Shown here in pieces: positions 43,016-54,357 of a stretch of 64,000 nt of DNA. The position numbers and the translations under genes were made by a program. The DNA lies in NCBI GenBank assembly GCA_963823665.1, contig CAWGMQ010000004.1, forward strand, positions 2,880,001 to 2,944,000, given 5' to 3'. The stretch's first letter is position 1. Each line of letters begins with the position of its first letter. Origin of the DNA: an uncultured Planctomycetota bacterium (GTDB lineage Bacteria > Planctomycetota > Planctomycetia > Isosphaerales > Isosphaeraceae). The notes under the pieces are model-generated. The model did not search any database. It was not told the origin of the DNA and saw nothing but the letters and a program-made list of their open reading frames with translations.

Positions 43016-43855
43016 ATGAAGCAGTTCAACGGCAAGGTGGCGGTCATCACAGGCGCGGCCAGCGGCATTGGACGTGCGCTGGCGGATCGCTGTGTGCAAG
43101 AAGGCATGAAAGTGGTTCTGGCCGATGTGGAAATGGAGGCCTTGGCGAGCACCGAAGCGGGCCTGAAGGCCTCCGGCGCGACCGTTCTGGCTGTCCAGAC
43201 CGACGTTTCCAAAGCCCAGGACGTCGCAGCGCTGGCCCAGAAGACCCTTGAAGCCTTCGGTGCGGTCCACTTGCTCTGCAACAACGCCGGTGTCGGCACC
43301 GAGGCCGCCGTCTGGGAAAGCACCCTCGAGGAGTGGGAATGGGTCTTGGGTGTCAATCTCTGGGGCGTGATTCATGGCGTGCGCACCTTTGTTCCCCTCA
43401 TGCTGGCCCAGGACACCGAGTGCCACATCGTGAACACCGCCTCCATGGCCGGCCTCATATCGGGTCCCGGGTTGGGGGCCTACAAGGTGACCAAACACGC
43501 GGTCGTCAGCCTCTCGGAAACACTCCACCATGAGCTGGCCGAGCGCGGGGCAAGAATCAAGGTCTCGGTACTCTGTCCGGGGTTTGTCAACACACGGATC
43601 ATGGAGTCAGCGCGGAACCGTCCCGGGCACTTTTCGACGACGGAGTCGCTCGATCCAGTATCCTCGGCGCGATGGGAAGCCATCCGCCAGCTCGTGCCGG
43701 CTGGGATACCTCCGGAGCAAGTCGCCGATGCCGTGTTCGCGGCCCTCCGGAACGATCAGTTCTACATCCTCACGCACCCGGAAGGGAAAGACTCCATTCG
43801 CACGCGCATGGAAGACATACTCCAGGAACGTGGTCCGACGCCTCCGAGGCGATGA
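43016..43855 (+). CDS. Short-chain dehydrogenase/reductase
   Basis: TGAASGIG, NNAG, S, YKVTK, PGFVNT. Confidence 0.93.
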   Translation: MKQFNGKVAVITGAASGIGRALADRCVQEGMKVVLADVEMEALASTEAGLKASGATVLAVQTDVSKAQDVAALAQKTLEAFGAVHLLCNNAGVGTEAAVWESTLEEWEWVLGVNLWGVIHGVRTFVPLMLAQDTECHIVNTASMAGLISGPGLGAYKVTKHAVVSLSETLHHELAERGARIKVSVLCPGFVNTRIMESARNRPGHFSTTESLDPVSSARWEAIRQLVPAGIPPEQVADAVFAALRNDQFYILTHPEGKDSIRTRMEDILQERGPTPPRR

Positions 43856-43859
43856 CACT

Positions 43860-43922
43860 AAGATCAAGATCAAGATTAGGATTAGGATTAAGATTAAGAT
43901 GAAGATTAAGATCAAGATTAAG
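43860..43922. repeat. Hexamer tandem repeat (ARGATY) x10.5
   Basis: aagatc aagatc aagatt aggatt aggatt aagatt aagatg aagatt aagatc aagatt aag. Confidence 0.9.
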
Positions 43923-44094
43923 CGGCGAATCATCTCTCGGCACGTCGTGAGGGGATTGGGGTCGCGCCTGGACAGTCGGGGTTATTTCCACTTATCGTGG
44001 GAAGGGGGTATGAGGCTGGGTTGTGCCAGCCGTGTCCTGGCTTTCGCTGCTCGAGCACTGGGGGAAACGTGGGTCGGAAAAGGAGCGAGGGCTA

Positions 44095-45261
44095 ATGGCG
44101 TCGCGCCGCCTCTTGCTGGTGGAGGATAGCTCCACCATGCGACGGATGCTCTCGTCGATGCTCGCGGATGCGGGCTATGCGGTCGAAACGGCTAACGACG
44201 GCCTGCAGGGGTTGGCGAAGGCGCGGATGGACCCGCGGCCGGAGCTGATCCTGACCGATTTCGAGATGCCCGAGCTTGATGGAGCGGGTTTGTGCCAGGC
44301 GCTCAAAAAGGATCTGGAGCTGCGCTCGATCCCGGTGCTGATGCTGACCACGCTGGGCGAATCGCGCGACAAGATCGCCGGGCTCAAGGCCGGCGCGGAC
44401 GATTACATCGAGAAGCCCAAGGGGCCGGATGAATTCCGCGTGCTGTGCGCGCGGATTGACGCGCACCTGCGAATCGCGGATCTCCACGAGGAGCTCACCG
44501 AGCGGAACCGGTTGCTGGAAGCCGCCAAGAAGAAGTTCGAGTTCGAGCTGAAGCTGGCGAGGCAGGTGCAGTTCGCACTGATGCCGCGGCCGCCCAAGCC
44601 GCGCGGGGTGCTGCGGGTGGCGGTGCGGTACACGCCGGCCAATGAGCTGGGGGGCGATGTTTACGACTTTTACCGGCTGGAGAACAACCGGCTGGGCATT
44701 CTGGTTGCGGACGTATCGGGCCACGGGGTGAACTCGGCGATGCTCTCCGGGATGGTGAAGGCGCTCGCGGCCGCGCTTTCGATCGCGGTGCTCGAGCCAG
44801 GGGAGCTGCTGGCGGGGCTGGACGTGAACGCCGAGCAGTATTTTCCGGAGGGTTACTTCTGCACAGGGTTTTACCTGATCGCCGACGAAGAGACGGGCTT
44901 GCTGCGCTACGCGGGGGTGGGCCATCCGCCGGCAATGATCGTGGGGCCGAACGGACCACGGACCTTGCTATCGAACCCGGGGATGCTCGGGATCGGCATG
45001 GTCGACGGCACGGCCGGGAACGCCGACCGGCTCGAGGCGGGCGAGTCACTGGTGATTTATACCGACGGATTGACGGACGCAATGGATCCCTCCGACACCC
45101 TTTTCGGGGAAGAGCGGCTCAAGACGCTGTTGCAGTCACATCACGGTGCTGATCCGAGCGAGATCCTCAATCAAGTCGACGAGGCGCTGGAGAAGCACAC
45201 GTCGCCAGGACGGCCCGCTGACGATATCAACATCATCGTTCTCCAGCGGGTCGCCAAGTAA
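44095..45261 (+). CDS. Response regulator with PP2C/SpoIIE (RsbU-like) phosphatase output
   Basis: Receiver LLVEDS..LTDFEMP..KP; coiled coil; GGDVYD, ADVSGHG, YTDGL, DD. Confidence 0.92.
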   Translation: MASRRLLLVEDSSTMRRMLSSMLADAGYAVETANDGLQGLAKARMDPRPELILTDFEMPELDGAGLCQALKKDLELRSIPVLMLTTLGESRDKIAGLKAGADDYIEKPKGPDEFRVLCARIDAHLRIADLHEELTERNRLLEAAKKKFEFELKLARQVQFALMPRPPKPRGVLRVAVRYTPANELGGDVYDFYRLENNRLGILVADVSGHGVNSAMLSGMVKALAAALSIAVLEPGELLAGLDVNAEQYFPEGYFCTGFYLIADEETGLLRYAGVGHPPAMIVGPNGPRTLLSNPGMLGIGMVDGTAGNADRLEAGESLVIYTDGLTDAMDPSDTLFGEERLKTLLQSHHGADPSEILNQVDEALEKHTSPGRPADDINIIVLQRVAK

Positions 45262-45424
45262 TCGCTCCCCAACGCGGTTGCGGCGTGTTAAACTATTCTG
45301 GATGGTCAGGGTCCCTTCAGCTCGGCGATTCGTGCGTCTCTGACTCCGCGCCGCGTCAGCCCCGGCTCGCGTCAAATACCCACTCAACTCCCGTTCTGAA
45401 GCGGAATTAGGGCGGGGTTGCAAC

Positions 45425-45722
45425 ATGGCGATCGAGGAAACTGTGTTCAAGACGCTGGCGCTGACCGGGCCGATCACGCTTTACGAGGTATCGGCGGTGT
45501 GTGAGTCGTTGCGCATCGCGCTCGCCGAGGGCAAGCCGCTGCGGATCGATTTGAGCGACTCGGGGCCGTGGGACCTTGCCGGCCTGCAGGTGTTGATCTC
45601 GTGTGTGCACGAGCGCCCGAAACCGTGATCTCCAGGTTCGCCTGGCGGGAGTTCCGGAGGTGTGTGCTCAGGTTGCCGAACGGTCCGGGCTCTCCGGCTG
45701 GCTGCTTTCCGTTCGTGAATGA
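45425..45722 (+). CDS. STAS-domain protein (indel near 45607)
   Basis: LTGPITLYE, IDLS, DLAGLQVL; a frame switch completes it as ...AERSGLSGWLLSVRE*. Confidence 0.75.
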
Positions 45723-45764
45723 ATGAATAAGGGCGATACGAACGTTACAAACCCGACAATCGTC

Positions 45765-46130
45765 ATGAGCAAAACTGTCCTTCATGCTGATGATAGTGCC
45801 GCGGTGCGGCGCTGGGTGGCCGAACAGCTTGCGGAGATGAACCTCAAGGTCATATCGGTCGCCGATGGCGAAGCCGCGCTCGAGGTGTTGAGGGAGTCTC
45901 CGTGCGACCTTTTGCTGACGGACCTGGAGATGCCGAATCTGGACGGATTGTCTCTGGTGGCGGCCGTTCGAGACCTGCCGATGCATCGGTTTCTGCCGGC
46001 GCTCGTGCTGTCTTGCCGCCACGCGAACGAGTTTCCGCCGGAGAACCGCCAGGGTGTGACGGGCTGGCTGGTCAAGCCGATCGAGCCGGACTCGCTGCGG
46101 CGTTGGGTGCGGAGGGTGCTGCCCGGGTGA
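45765..46130 (+). CDS. cheY: Chemotaxis response regulator CheY
   Basis: Single receiver domain with DDS, LTDLEMP, GWLVKP; directly upstream of cheA. Confidence 0.85.
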   Translation: MSKTVLHADDSAAVRRWVAEQLAEMNLKVISVADGEAALEVLRESPCDLLLTDLEMPNLDGLSLVAAVRDLPMHRFLPALVLSCRHANEFPPENRQGVTGWLVKPIEPDSLRRWVRRVLPG

Positions 46131-46192
46131 ACAACCCGGCGATGCGAGATGGTGGGAGATCTTTACAAGATGAATGATGAAGGGGATGGCGG

Positions 46193-48586
46193 TTGAGCAT
46201 GAGTTCGGATGAACGATTTCGTGAGATGTTCTACGAAGAGGCGCGCGAGCTCCTGATCGGCCTGGAAGAGGGGCTGATGGATCTTGAGCGGCGTCAGAGC
46301 GATCGCGCGCACCTCGACCGCACGTTCCGCGCAGCCCATAGCCTCAAAGGGGCGGCCGGGATGGTGGGGCTGGCGGCGATTGCCGAGTTCACGCACGGGA
46401 TCGAGGCGGTGCTGGACAAGATTCGCGGCGGGACTCTAGCGGTTGACTCCGACATCATCACGACCTTGCTCGAGGCGCGCGACCACCTGGCGATGATGGT
46501 CGAGGCCGAGGCGGTGAAGTCGCCGATTCCCCCGTCGGGCGAGCTTTCCCAGCGGTTGCAATTGCTGTTGCGCGGCCCGGGGGCGGCACCGGCACCGGCG
46601 CCGGCGCCGAGGGCGCCGAGCGATCGAGCGGGATTGAGCCCGGCCGAGGCCACGAAAGCACCTGAGAGCAAACCCAAACGGAAACGGCCGCCGCGAAAAA
46701 CGAAGAAAATGGCCGCCGCGGAGGCAGGGAGCACGGAGGTTTCTGCCCAGGTAGAGGGCGAGGGCGAAGAGGTACCGGTGTACCAGATCACGCTGGTGCC
46801 CGGCCCTGACGTCTTGCGGCGGGGGGTGAATCCACTGGGTGTGTTCGACGAGCTGCGAGAGCTTGGCGAGACGCACGATCACCACCGATGCAGGTCTCGT
46901 TCCTCCGCTCGAGCAGCTCGACCCGGAGCGCTGTTACCTGAACTGGACGATTCAGGTGAAGACCGCCGCGTCTGCCGAGAGCATTTCCGAGGCATTCCTG
47001 TTCTTTGCGGAGGACAGCGCCCTCAGCATCGCAAGGCTCACGCCGGATGGGAGGCTGGTGCCGATTCGCGCGGCGACTGCGTCGCCGGGTGATGCGGTTC
47101 CGCCGCCGCCGCCGCTGGGATTCGAGGCCCCTGCGCCGGCGGAAACTGCAGCGCCGGAGGTAAGCCCCCTGCCGGAGGTTTCTCCCCCAGCCCAGGCGCC
47201 GGTCGCAGCGCCTGTTCGCGGAGCGAAAGGGGGCAAATCGAAGGCGCCCGCAGCTCAGACGGGCCAGGCGGCGTCCGCGGGGCCGGCCGCGGAGCCAACG
47301 GGGATGCTGGTCCAAACGCGGGCGCGGCTCCGGTAAGCGGCCCGGGGGTGGCAGTGCCTCCCGCCGCGGCAGCCGGGCAAGCCCCGCTGGCGGCGCCCTC
47401 GCCGTCGCTGCCTCGGCTGCATGCGAGGATCCGGGTTGATGCGGGGCAGCTTGACGAGCTGGTCGGCCTGGCAGGCGAGCTGGTCGTGGTGACCGACAAT
47501 CTGCTGGGGTTGCGTGAGATACCTGGTGTCGAGCGCTGGCTGCATGCGATCGAGGCACTGGAGCGGGTGAGCCGGGAGATCAGGGACACGACGCTCGACT
47601 TGCGGATGGTGCCGGTCGACGAGTTGTTTTCGCGGTTTCCGCGCGTGGTGCGCGACCTGGCCGACCGCTCGGGCAAGGAGATCGAGCTGCGGATCGTGGG
47701 CCAGGACACGCGCCTCGACCGGACGATCGTGGAGCGGCTCTCCGACCCGATGATTCATCTGATCCGCAATGCGGTGGATCACGCGCTTGAGCTGCCACAG
47801 GATCGGGTGGCCAGAGGCAAGCCGCGGGTGGGCCGGATCACGCTTTCTGCCGGGCACGAAGGGGACCGAGTGGCGATCCGAGTGGAGGATGACGGTCGCG
47901 GCCTGGACTGCGAGAAAATCGTGCGGAAGGGCATCTCCCTCGGCATGGTACCCACGGGTACTCCGGCGGACGACCCGCGAGTGGTGAGCTTGATTTTTGA
48001 GCCGGGTTTTTCGACGCGGGACACGATCAGCGAGCTTTCGGGGCGGGGAGTGGGGCTGGACGTCGTTCGCGATGCCGTGCGGGCGCTGCGGGGGAGTGTG
48101 GCGGTGGAGAGCACTCCCGGGAAAGGGACGGCGTTCATTTTCCGGCTGCCGCTGACGCTCGCCTTGATCGACGGGCTCCTGGTGGAGACAGGCGGGGGAA
48201 GATATGTGGTTCCGATGGCACAGGTTGAGGAATGCATCGCGCTCGACCGGATCGGAATGGCGCTATCGCGCGAGCGGCATTGCGTCTCGGTGCGCGGGGA
48301 TCTGGTTCCGACGGTGTCGCTGAGAAATCTGTTTCACAGTGACGGGCTGGCGCCGGAACGGCAGGAATTGCTGCTGACGCGGCATGCCGGCCAGCGCGTG
48401 GGGGTCGCGGTGGACCGTCTGGTCGGGCGCGTACAGGCGGTGATCCAGTCCCTCGGCGAGAATCTACACGGGCTTAACCGTTTTTCCGGCGCCACAATTC
48501 TGGGCGACGGCTCTGTATCATTAATCCTTGATCTATCAGCCGTGGTGTCCGAGTCGCGATTTGCCGAGCAGCGGTTGCGAGCTTGA
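46193..48586 (+). CDS. cheA: Chemotaxis histidine kinase CheA (indels near 46870 and 47330)
   Basis: Hpt [52 protein letters not shown]-terminal CheW domain. Confidence 0.92.
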
Positions 48587-48620
48587 CCACGTCGGACAGT
48601 GTGAGGGCGGAGAGCATGCG

Positions 48621-50493
48621 ATGAGAATCACACTCAAGTGGAGAATCACGATCGTCCTCGTGGTCGTCGGCCTGGTGCCGGCAATCATCGTCGGCTGGTT
48701 TGCGTACTTCGCAAATGACGATTACAAAAACAAGGCGATTCTGATCGTCCAGAAGACGGCCGAATACGTCAATTTCCGCGCGCTTAACACTCTGCAGACC
48801 GACATGAAGACCGCCGAAACGGTGGTTGAGGGAACCACGCCGCTGCCGAAGCCGATGCTGGAGACGATCCAGGATATGGTGACGCAGGAGCTGGACAACT
48901 CGAAGCTCAAGTCGGCACAAGTTTGGATTGTGAACCCTGAAGGCAAGGTCTTGCTGAACAGGCAAACGACGGGAAGGTTTGAGGCCTCCGCCAAGATCGA
49001 CTTGCGCTACGACGACGTCGTGAGAGAAGCGGTCGCCAACGCAAGAACCAAGAATGTGTTCTTCAAATATATTCCCTCGAGTGATGAATCCAAGGGCAAG
49101 CTCGATCTCGTCGCATATGCCGCGAGGCATCTCGAAGTTGTCCCGCCTCAAGAAGGCGCACACCGGTACGTGGTGACGCTGGTCATCGTTCCTGAAGATG
49201 TGGTCTTCGATGCGATCAGAAAGAACCAGTTGTCCATCTTCCTCGTGTTGATCGCGGTCGGTGTGGCAACCGTGATCATCGGCTCTCTGCTGGCGCAGTG
49301 GTTCATCCGGCCTTTGCTCAAGATCATCGAGGTGACACAGCAGCTTCACGAGGGGCATCTGAGTGGTCGCGTGCGAATCAAGCGAGGCGACGAGCTGGGC
49401 GACATGGCCGCGCAGATCGATTCCACGATGGAAAAGTTCTCCGAGGTGATCAGCCAGATTCGCGACATGGTCGGGTCCGTGTCGATGGCGGGCAACGAGC
49501 TGAAATCGAGCTCGCACCAGCTTTCTCAGGGGTCTCATCAGCAGGCGGCGACACTACAACAAATTGCGGGAAGCTTGCAGTCGGTGGATTCGTCGGTCGG
49601 TCGCAACGCCCAGCATGCCCGGGACACCGCGCGAATGGCCACCGAGGCCAGCGGCCAGGCCGAAAAGGGGGGCGAAGCCGTACGGGAGACGGTGGTTGCG
49701 ATGCGCGAGATCACCCAGAAGATCTTGATCGTGGGTGACATCGCCTATCAGACCAACCTGCTCGCCTTGAACGCCGCGATCGAGGCGGCGCGGGCGGGCA
49801 CGCACGGCAAGGGATTCGCGGTGGTTGCCGGCGAGGTGCGGAAACTGGCGGAGCGGAGCCAGGCGGCGGCCCAGCAGATCGGCGATCTGGCCAAGAAGAG
49901 CGTGGCGGTGGCCGAGAATGCCGGGGTCGCTCCTGGATCGAACGGTTCCGATGATCCGGGACACGTCGAATCTTATTCAGGAGATCGCGGCGGCCTCGCA
50001 GGAACAGATGGCGGCGATCCGCGAGATCAATCTGGGTGTGAGCCAGCTTGAGGAGGTGGTGCAGACGAACGCCGCGGCCAGCCATGAGCTGTCGGCAACG
50101 GCGGACGGGCTGGCATCACAGGCTTCGACCTTGCAGGACCAGGTCGAGTTCTTCCAGATCGACACGACGGCGTCGAACGGACAGATGGGTCGCGGTGGAA
50201 CCGGTGCTGTCGTGCGCTCGCTCTCTGGAGCGGCTGGGCGAGCGCAGTCCACTCCGGTCAGGCCGCTCTCTCATGCACCGCGTCGGGCGATCCAGGCGAC
50301 GCGGCCGGACGGATTGCGCGGGGGTGCGGGTGCTGCGGCCTTACCCAACTCGCCGCCTGCCCTTCCCGGGCACCACGGAAACTCTGGAGCCGCCTCGCCG
50401 GGCGCGTCGAGCAATTCCGGTGGAACAACGCCTCGCGGCGGCGTGATCGTGAGCCTGGATAACGACGACGACAATTTCGAGCGATTTTCGTGA
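48621..50493 (+). CDS. Methyl-accepting chemotaxis protein (2 TM, periplasmic sensor, HAMP; indel near 49925)
   Basis: [44 protein letters not shown]-terminal NFERFS. Confidence 0.92.
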
Positions 50494-50534
50494 CGGAAAG
50501 TGCAATGCTTGAGCCGATCGGATCTTGAGAGGAA

Positions 50535-51044
50535 ATGATGGTTGATGTCGTAATGGAATCTGGTGCGGCCACCGATCGAGATCGGGTGCAGTCGTACGTC
50601 GTCTTTCGGCTGGGCGGGGAAGGCTATGCGCTTGAAGTGATGCGTGTGCAAGAGGTTCTCGACATGCAGACGCTCACCGAGGTTCCCGGTGGGCCGAAGT
50701 TCCTGCTGGGCGTGATCAATCTCCGGGGGCACGTGGTCCCGGTATACGATCTGCGGCTTCCTTTCGGATTGACGAAGGAAGACCGTTCGGGCCGGGCGCC
50801 CTGCGTCTTGATAGTTGAGTCGAGCTCTGGGAGTGACGTGCAGATCACGGGCCTGCTGGTGGACCGGGTGTCAGACGTTCTGGAGTTCTCGCCTGAGGAT
50901 GTGCAAGCCGCGCCGCAGCTTGGACTTGGAAAGGCCACTCCGTTCGTCCGTGGACTGATCCGTCACCAGGAAGCCTTTCTGCTCGTATTGGACGTGGACC
51001 GGATCTTCTCGACCCTCGGGTCATTGAACGGTGACGGAGCCTAA
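50535..51044 (+). CDS. cheW: Chemotaxis coupling protein CheW
   Basis: VFRLG.E.YA..V..VQEV, GVINLRG.VVPV.DLR, GLLVDRV. Confidence 0.92.
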   Translation: MMVDVVMESGAATDRDRVQSYVVFRLGGEGYALEVMRVQEVLDMQTLTEVPGGPKFLLGVINLRGHVVPVYDLRLPFGLTKEDRSGRAPCVLIVESSSGSDVQITGLLVDRVSDVLEFSPEDVQAAPQLGLGKATPFVRGLIRHQEAFLLVLDVDRIFSTLGSLNGDGA

Positions 51045-51876
51045 CGTGGAACCCGAGCCGTGGTCTGAGAAGGATTTTGCCCCGATCACGTCGTTCCTGC
51101 GCCATCAGGTCGGCATCTCGCTGGAGGCCCACCGGATGGGCCTTTTGCAAGCGAGATTGCGCTCGCGGCTTCAGGTCAAAGGGATCAGCAGCTTTACACA
51201 GTTTTACGAACAAGTGTTGAAGGTGGATCCAGGCGGGTGGGGCGCCCAGCTTCTGGTCGACCTCAGCACGGTGAACCACACGTCTTTTTTCCGAGAGCCG
51301 GCGCACTTCACGTTCATGGCCGAGCGGATTGTGGCGTGGCTCAAGGAATCACCCGGGATGCCGGTCCGCATCTGGTCGGCGGGGTGCTCGTCGGGGCAGG
51401 AGCCGTACAGCATGGCGATGGTCCTGGCGGAGACGATCAGCGGGCTTTTGTCGCAGAAGGTGGAGATCTGGGCGAGCGACCTTTCTCTCGAGATGCTCAA
51501 GCTTGCCGCCGGCGCAATCTACACCACGCGGGACGTGCAGGGAGTCTCGCCGGCGCGGCTGAGACGGTTCTTCTTGCTGGGCCGCGGCCCGCGCGCGGGC
51601 TCGTTTCGCGTCGTGCCGGAGATCCGTGACCTGGTGAAGTTCCGCCATCTGGACCTGCGGAATCCCGTGTGGTCCGTGCCCAACGATTTTCCCATTATTT
51701 TTTGCCGCAACGTCTCAATCTACTTCGCCGAAGAAGAGCGCCTGGCGCTGTTCAACCGGCTGTCACAGCACCTGCGCCCTGGAGGCTGGCTGGCGATGGG
51801 CAATGGCGAGATTCTGCCGGAAGTGCCGCCGACGCTGCGAAAGCACTCGCCGTCGCTCTTTCAGAAAGAGGGTTGA
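51031..51876 (+). CDS. cheR: Chemotaxis methyltransferase CheR
   Basis: TVNHTSFFREPAHF, WSAGCSSGQEPYSMA, IFCRNV.IYF. Confidence 0.92.
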   Translation: MTEPNVEPEPWSEKDFAPITSFLRHQVGISLEAHRMGLLQARLRSRLQVKGISSFTQFYEQVLKVDPGGWGAQLLVDLSTVNHTSFFREPAHFTFMAERIVAWLKESPGMPVRIWSAGCSSGQEPYSMAMVLAETISGLLSQKVEIWASDLSLEMLKLAAGAIYTTRDVQGVSPARLRRFFLLGRGPRAGSFRVVPEIRDLVKFRHLDLRNPVWSVPNDFPIIFCRNVSIYFAEEERLALFNRLSQHLRPGGWLAMGNGEILPEVPPTLRKHSPSLFQKEG

Positions 51877-51882
51877 CGACCG

Positions 51883-53013
51883 ATGGCGCTGCGGGATCGT
51901 CCCAAGACGGTGCAGCCACCCGGATCGCTCGAACCGATCGAGGTCCTGGTTGTCGACGACAGTGCCCTCGTGCGGCAGAAGCTCAGGTCGATCATCGAGA
52001 CGGACCCGAGTTTCCGGGTTGTGCTGGCGGCCGACCCTTACGAGGCCGTGTCGGTCCTGTCGAAGTCGGTGCCCGGCGTGATCGTGCTCGACGTGGAAAT
52101 GCCACGGATGGACGGATTAACGTTTTTGCGTAAGTTAATGCGTCAACACCCGCTGCCGGTGGTGCTGTGCACGTCGCAGGCGGAACGGGCCGTGACGGCG
52201 CTCGAGATGGGGGCGATCGAAGTGATCGCCAAGCCGGACTGGAACGATGCGGCTCGATTGCACGAGTGGTCACAGAATATGCTCGAGAGCATACGCAGTG
52301 CCGCCAGGGCCGGCCGGCTGCCATTTCGCGACGACCGGCCGGCGACGGCGACCGACCCGAGGCACTCCGCGGACGTGATCTTGCCCAAGGTTGCGTATTC
52401 GGCTCGCGCCGGCTCAAGCGAGCGGATCGTCTTGGTCGGAGTGAGTACCGGCGGTGTGCAAGCGCTCCAGCAACTGCTGGCGGGCTTCCCGGCCAATACG
52501 CCAGGGATCGTGATGGTCCAGCACATGCCGGCCGACTTTACGAACGCGTTCGCCAGCCGGCTGCACAACGATCCCCGGATCGAGATGGAAGTGATTGAAG
52601 CGCGGCAGCACGAGCCGGTTCGCCCTGGTCGTGCCATTCTGATTCCCGGCGACGTGCACGGCGTGGTTCGACGCTCCGGGACGGGCTATCGGGTGGAGCT
52701 GGTCGAAGGGCCACCGGTCTGCCGGCACCGTCCCAGCGTGGACGTGCTGTTCCGATCGGCCGCGCAGGCGGCTGGGCCTTACGGGGCAGGCGTGATCATG
52801 ACGGGCATGGGCGACGACGGGGCAGGGGGGTTGCTCGAGATGCGGGAGAGCGGATCGTTGACAGTCGCTCAGAACGAGGCGACGTGCATCGTCTTCGGCA
52901 TGCCGCGGGAGGCGATTCGCCGTGGCGCGGCCAAACTCATCACTCCGCTCGACTCGATTGCGCCCACCGTTCTCGCGTGGGCTGCATCGTCGGAATCGAG
53001 CTCGTGGCATTGA
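51883..53013 (+). CDS. cheB: Chemotaxis methylesterase CheB
   Basis: Receiver (LDVEMPRMDG) plus GVSTGG, VQHM, HRPSVD, TGMGDDG catalytic motifs. Confidence 0.94.
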   Translation: MALRDRPKTVQPPGSLEPIEVLVVDDSALVRQKLRSIIETDPSFRVVLAADPYEAVSVLSKSVPGVIVLDVEMPRMDGLTFLRKLMRQHPLPVVLCTSQAERAVTALEMGAIEVIAKPDWNDAARLHEWSQNMLESIRSAARAGRLPFRDDRPATATDPRHSADVILPKVAYSARAGSSERIVLVGVSTGGVQALQQLLAGFPANTPGIVMVQHMPADFTNAFASRLHNDPRIEMEVIEARQHEPVRPGRAILIPGDVHGVVRRSGTGYRVELVEGPPVCRHRPSVDVLFRSAAQAAGPYGAGVIMTGMGDDGAGGLLEMRESGSLTVAQNEATCIVFGMPREAIRRGAAKLITPLDSIAPTVLAWAASSESSSWH

Positions 53014-53083
53014 ACGGTTGCGCACGGTCGAGGAGACCTTCGGTCGTACGGACGGCGGGGTCGGAGACCCGCGCCGAAAGAGA

Positions 53084-53107
53084 GGCCTTCGCTCAGCGAA
53101 GGCCGAC
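53084..53107. repeat. REP-like mini-hairpin variant
   Basis: GGCCTTCGC-TCA-GCGAAGGCC-GAC, same architecture as 302-324. Confidence 0.55.
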
Positions 53108-53155
53108 AATTCGCGAAAGTTCTTCTTGGCCGGTTGCTGAAAGCTCTTGCCCGCC

Positions 53156-53197
53156 AAAAAAAAAAGGCGGCCGGCCCGTCAGGAACCCGGCCGCCTT
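53156..53197 (-). terminator. Rho-independent terminator after the DUF1559 pair
   Basis: GGCGGCCGG stem followed by T10 on the minus strand, 32 bp after the stop. Confidence 0.85.
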
Positions 53198-53229
53198 GTC
53201 GGCTGCGAAGCTTTGAGTCACGAAGCGGA

Positions 53230-54357
53230 TCAATACTGATCGGAGCCGATGACCTCGCCCGCGTTGATGGAACCGAGCTGGACCCAGGTCAGGGGGCTGA
53301 TGCTGTTCTTCATGAAATGGACTGAACCATCGCCAAAGAGCGTATTCACACCCTGGGGATGCCGGCTTCGCGAACCGGCGTATTCGCTTCCCTCGCTTCC
53401 CTGGTTGTAGCAACCCAACTGCTGGCCGGGTTGGCTATCGCAGAGCGAGCCCGGGCTCGCGGGACTGGTACCCAGCCCCGAGCCGCCGAACGATGCAATG
53501 TTGTCGAGGTTGTTCATGGGCAGCACGCCGACGAGCGTGGACCAAGGTGGAACCGTGGCAACATAATCCGTGTAGCCGTTGGGCGTGAACCTTGTGTTGT
53601 ACGAGCCGGCGCCGGCATTCAAGACCCAGACCGTGCCGCGGATGTCGTCAGGCGCGCCCTGCAAGAGCTCGGACACGAATTGCGTGTTGCTCAGCCCGTC
53701 AGTGACCGAGGCAACTTTGCAGACGAACGGCCCATTCCCCTGGCGGCTGAAGCCGAACGGAGCCTGCAGCCAGAGCTGGGGATAGGTCGTAAACGCACCA
53801 CCCAGAAGGGCCTGGCCGTCATCCAGGTTTCCCCAGTTGCAGCCGTAATTCCCCTTCGTCGCCATATAGGGAAGCCCGAACAGACCGGCCAAGGCGTAGA
53901 CCGTGGAATTGTCGCTCGGGCACTGGAACGACGCGATCCTGGTGGAGTACACCGTGCTATTGATGATGAATCCGGCCGGTAGAGGGCCGATCTGGGGCCC
54001 CTCCATGCCGATCGATGCGTTGAACGCGTTGTACATGCCCAATTGCTCGATGTACGGAAGCATCAGCAGGAACCACGGGGTGTTCTGGCAGTTGTTTCCG
54101 AAACCCGGGCTCGAGCAAATGGCGCCGGGCATGCCGCCCATGTAGCCGAAGATGGTTCCACACGGGTAAACCCCGTTTCCAGACTCGTAGTTGGCAAGCG
54201 CCAAACCGAGTTGTTTGAGATTGTTCATGCATTGCGCACGCCGCGCCGCTTCGCGCACGGCTTGCACCGCGGGTAAGAGCAAAGCAATCAATACTGCGAT
54301 GATGGCGATCACGACGAGAAGCTCGATCAGCGTAAAACCACGACGCCGTTGTGACAT
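53230..54357 (-). CDS. DUF1559 prepilin-type protein, copy A
   Basis: [59 protein letters not shown] (H-X9-DG). Confidence 0.93.
   Translation of the reverse strand: MSQRRRGFTLIELLVVIAIIAVLIALLLPAVQAVREAARRAQCMNNLKQLGLALANYESGNGVYPCGTIFGYMGGMPGAICSSPGFGNNCQNTPWFLLMLPYIEQLGMYNAFNASIGMEGPQIGPLPAGFIINSTVYSTRIASFQCPSDNSTVYALAGLFGLPYMATKGNYGCNWGNLDDGQALLGGAFTTYPQLWLQAPFGFSRQGNGPFVCKVASVTDGLSNTQFVSELLQGAPDDIRGTVWVLNAGAGSYNTRFTPNGYTDYVATVPPWSTLVGVLPMNNLDNIASFGGSGLGTSPASPGSLCDSQPGQQLGCYNQGSEGSEYAGSRSRHPQGVNTLFGDGSVHFMKNSISPLTWVQLGSINAGEVIGSDQY

Noticed and set aside
43530..44129. ORFs containing KIKIKIRIRI / LILILI runs
   Set aside because: These are translations of the hexamer DNA repeat, overlapping real genes
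46860..49930. Programmed frameshifting or phase variation in cheA/mcp
   Set aside because: No slippery heptamers or long homopolymers at the switches; similar indels occur across the window
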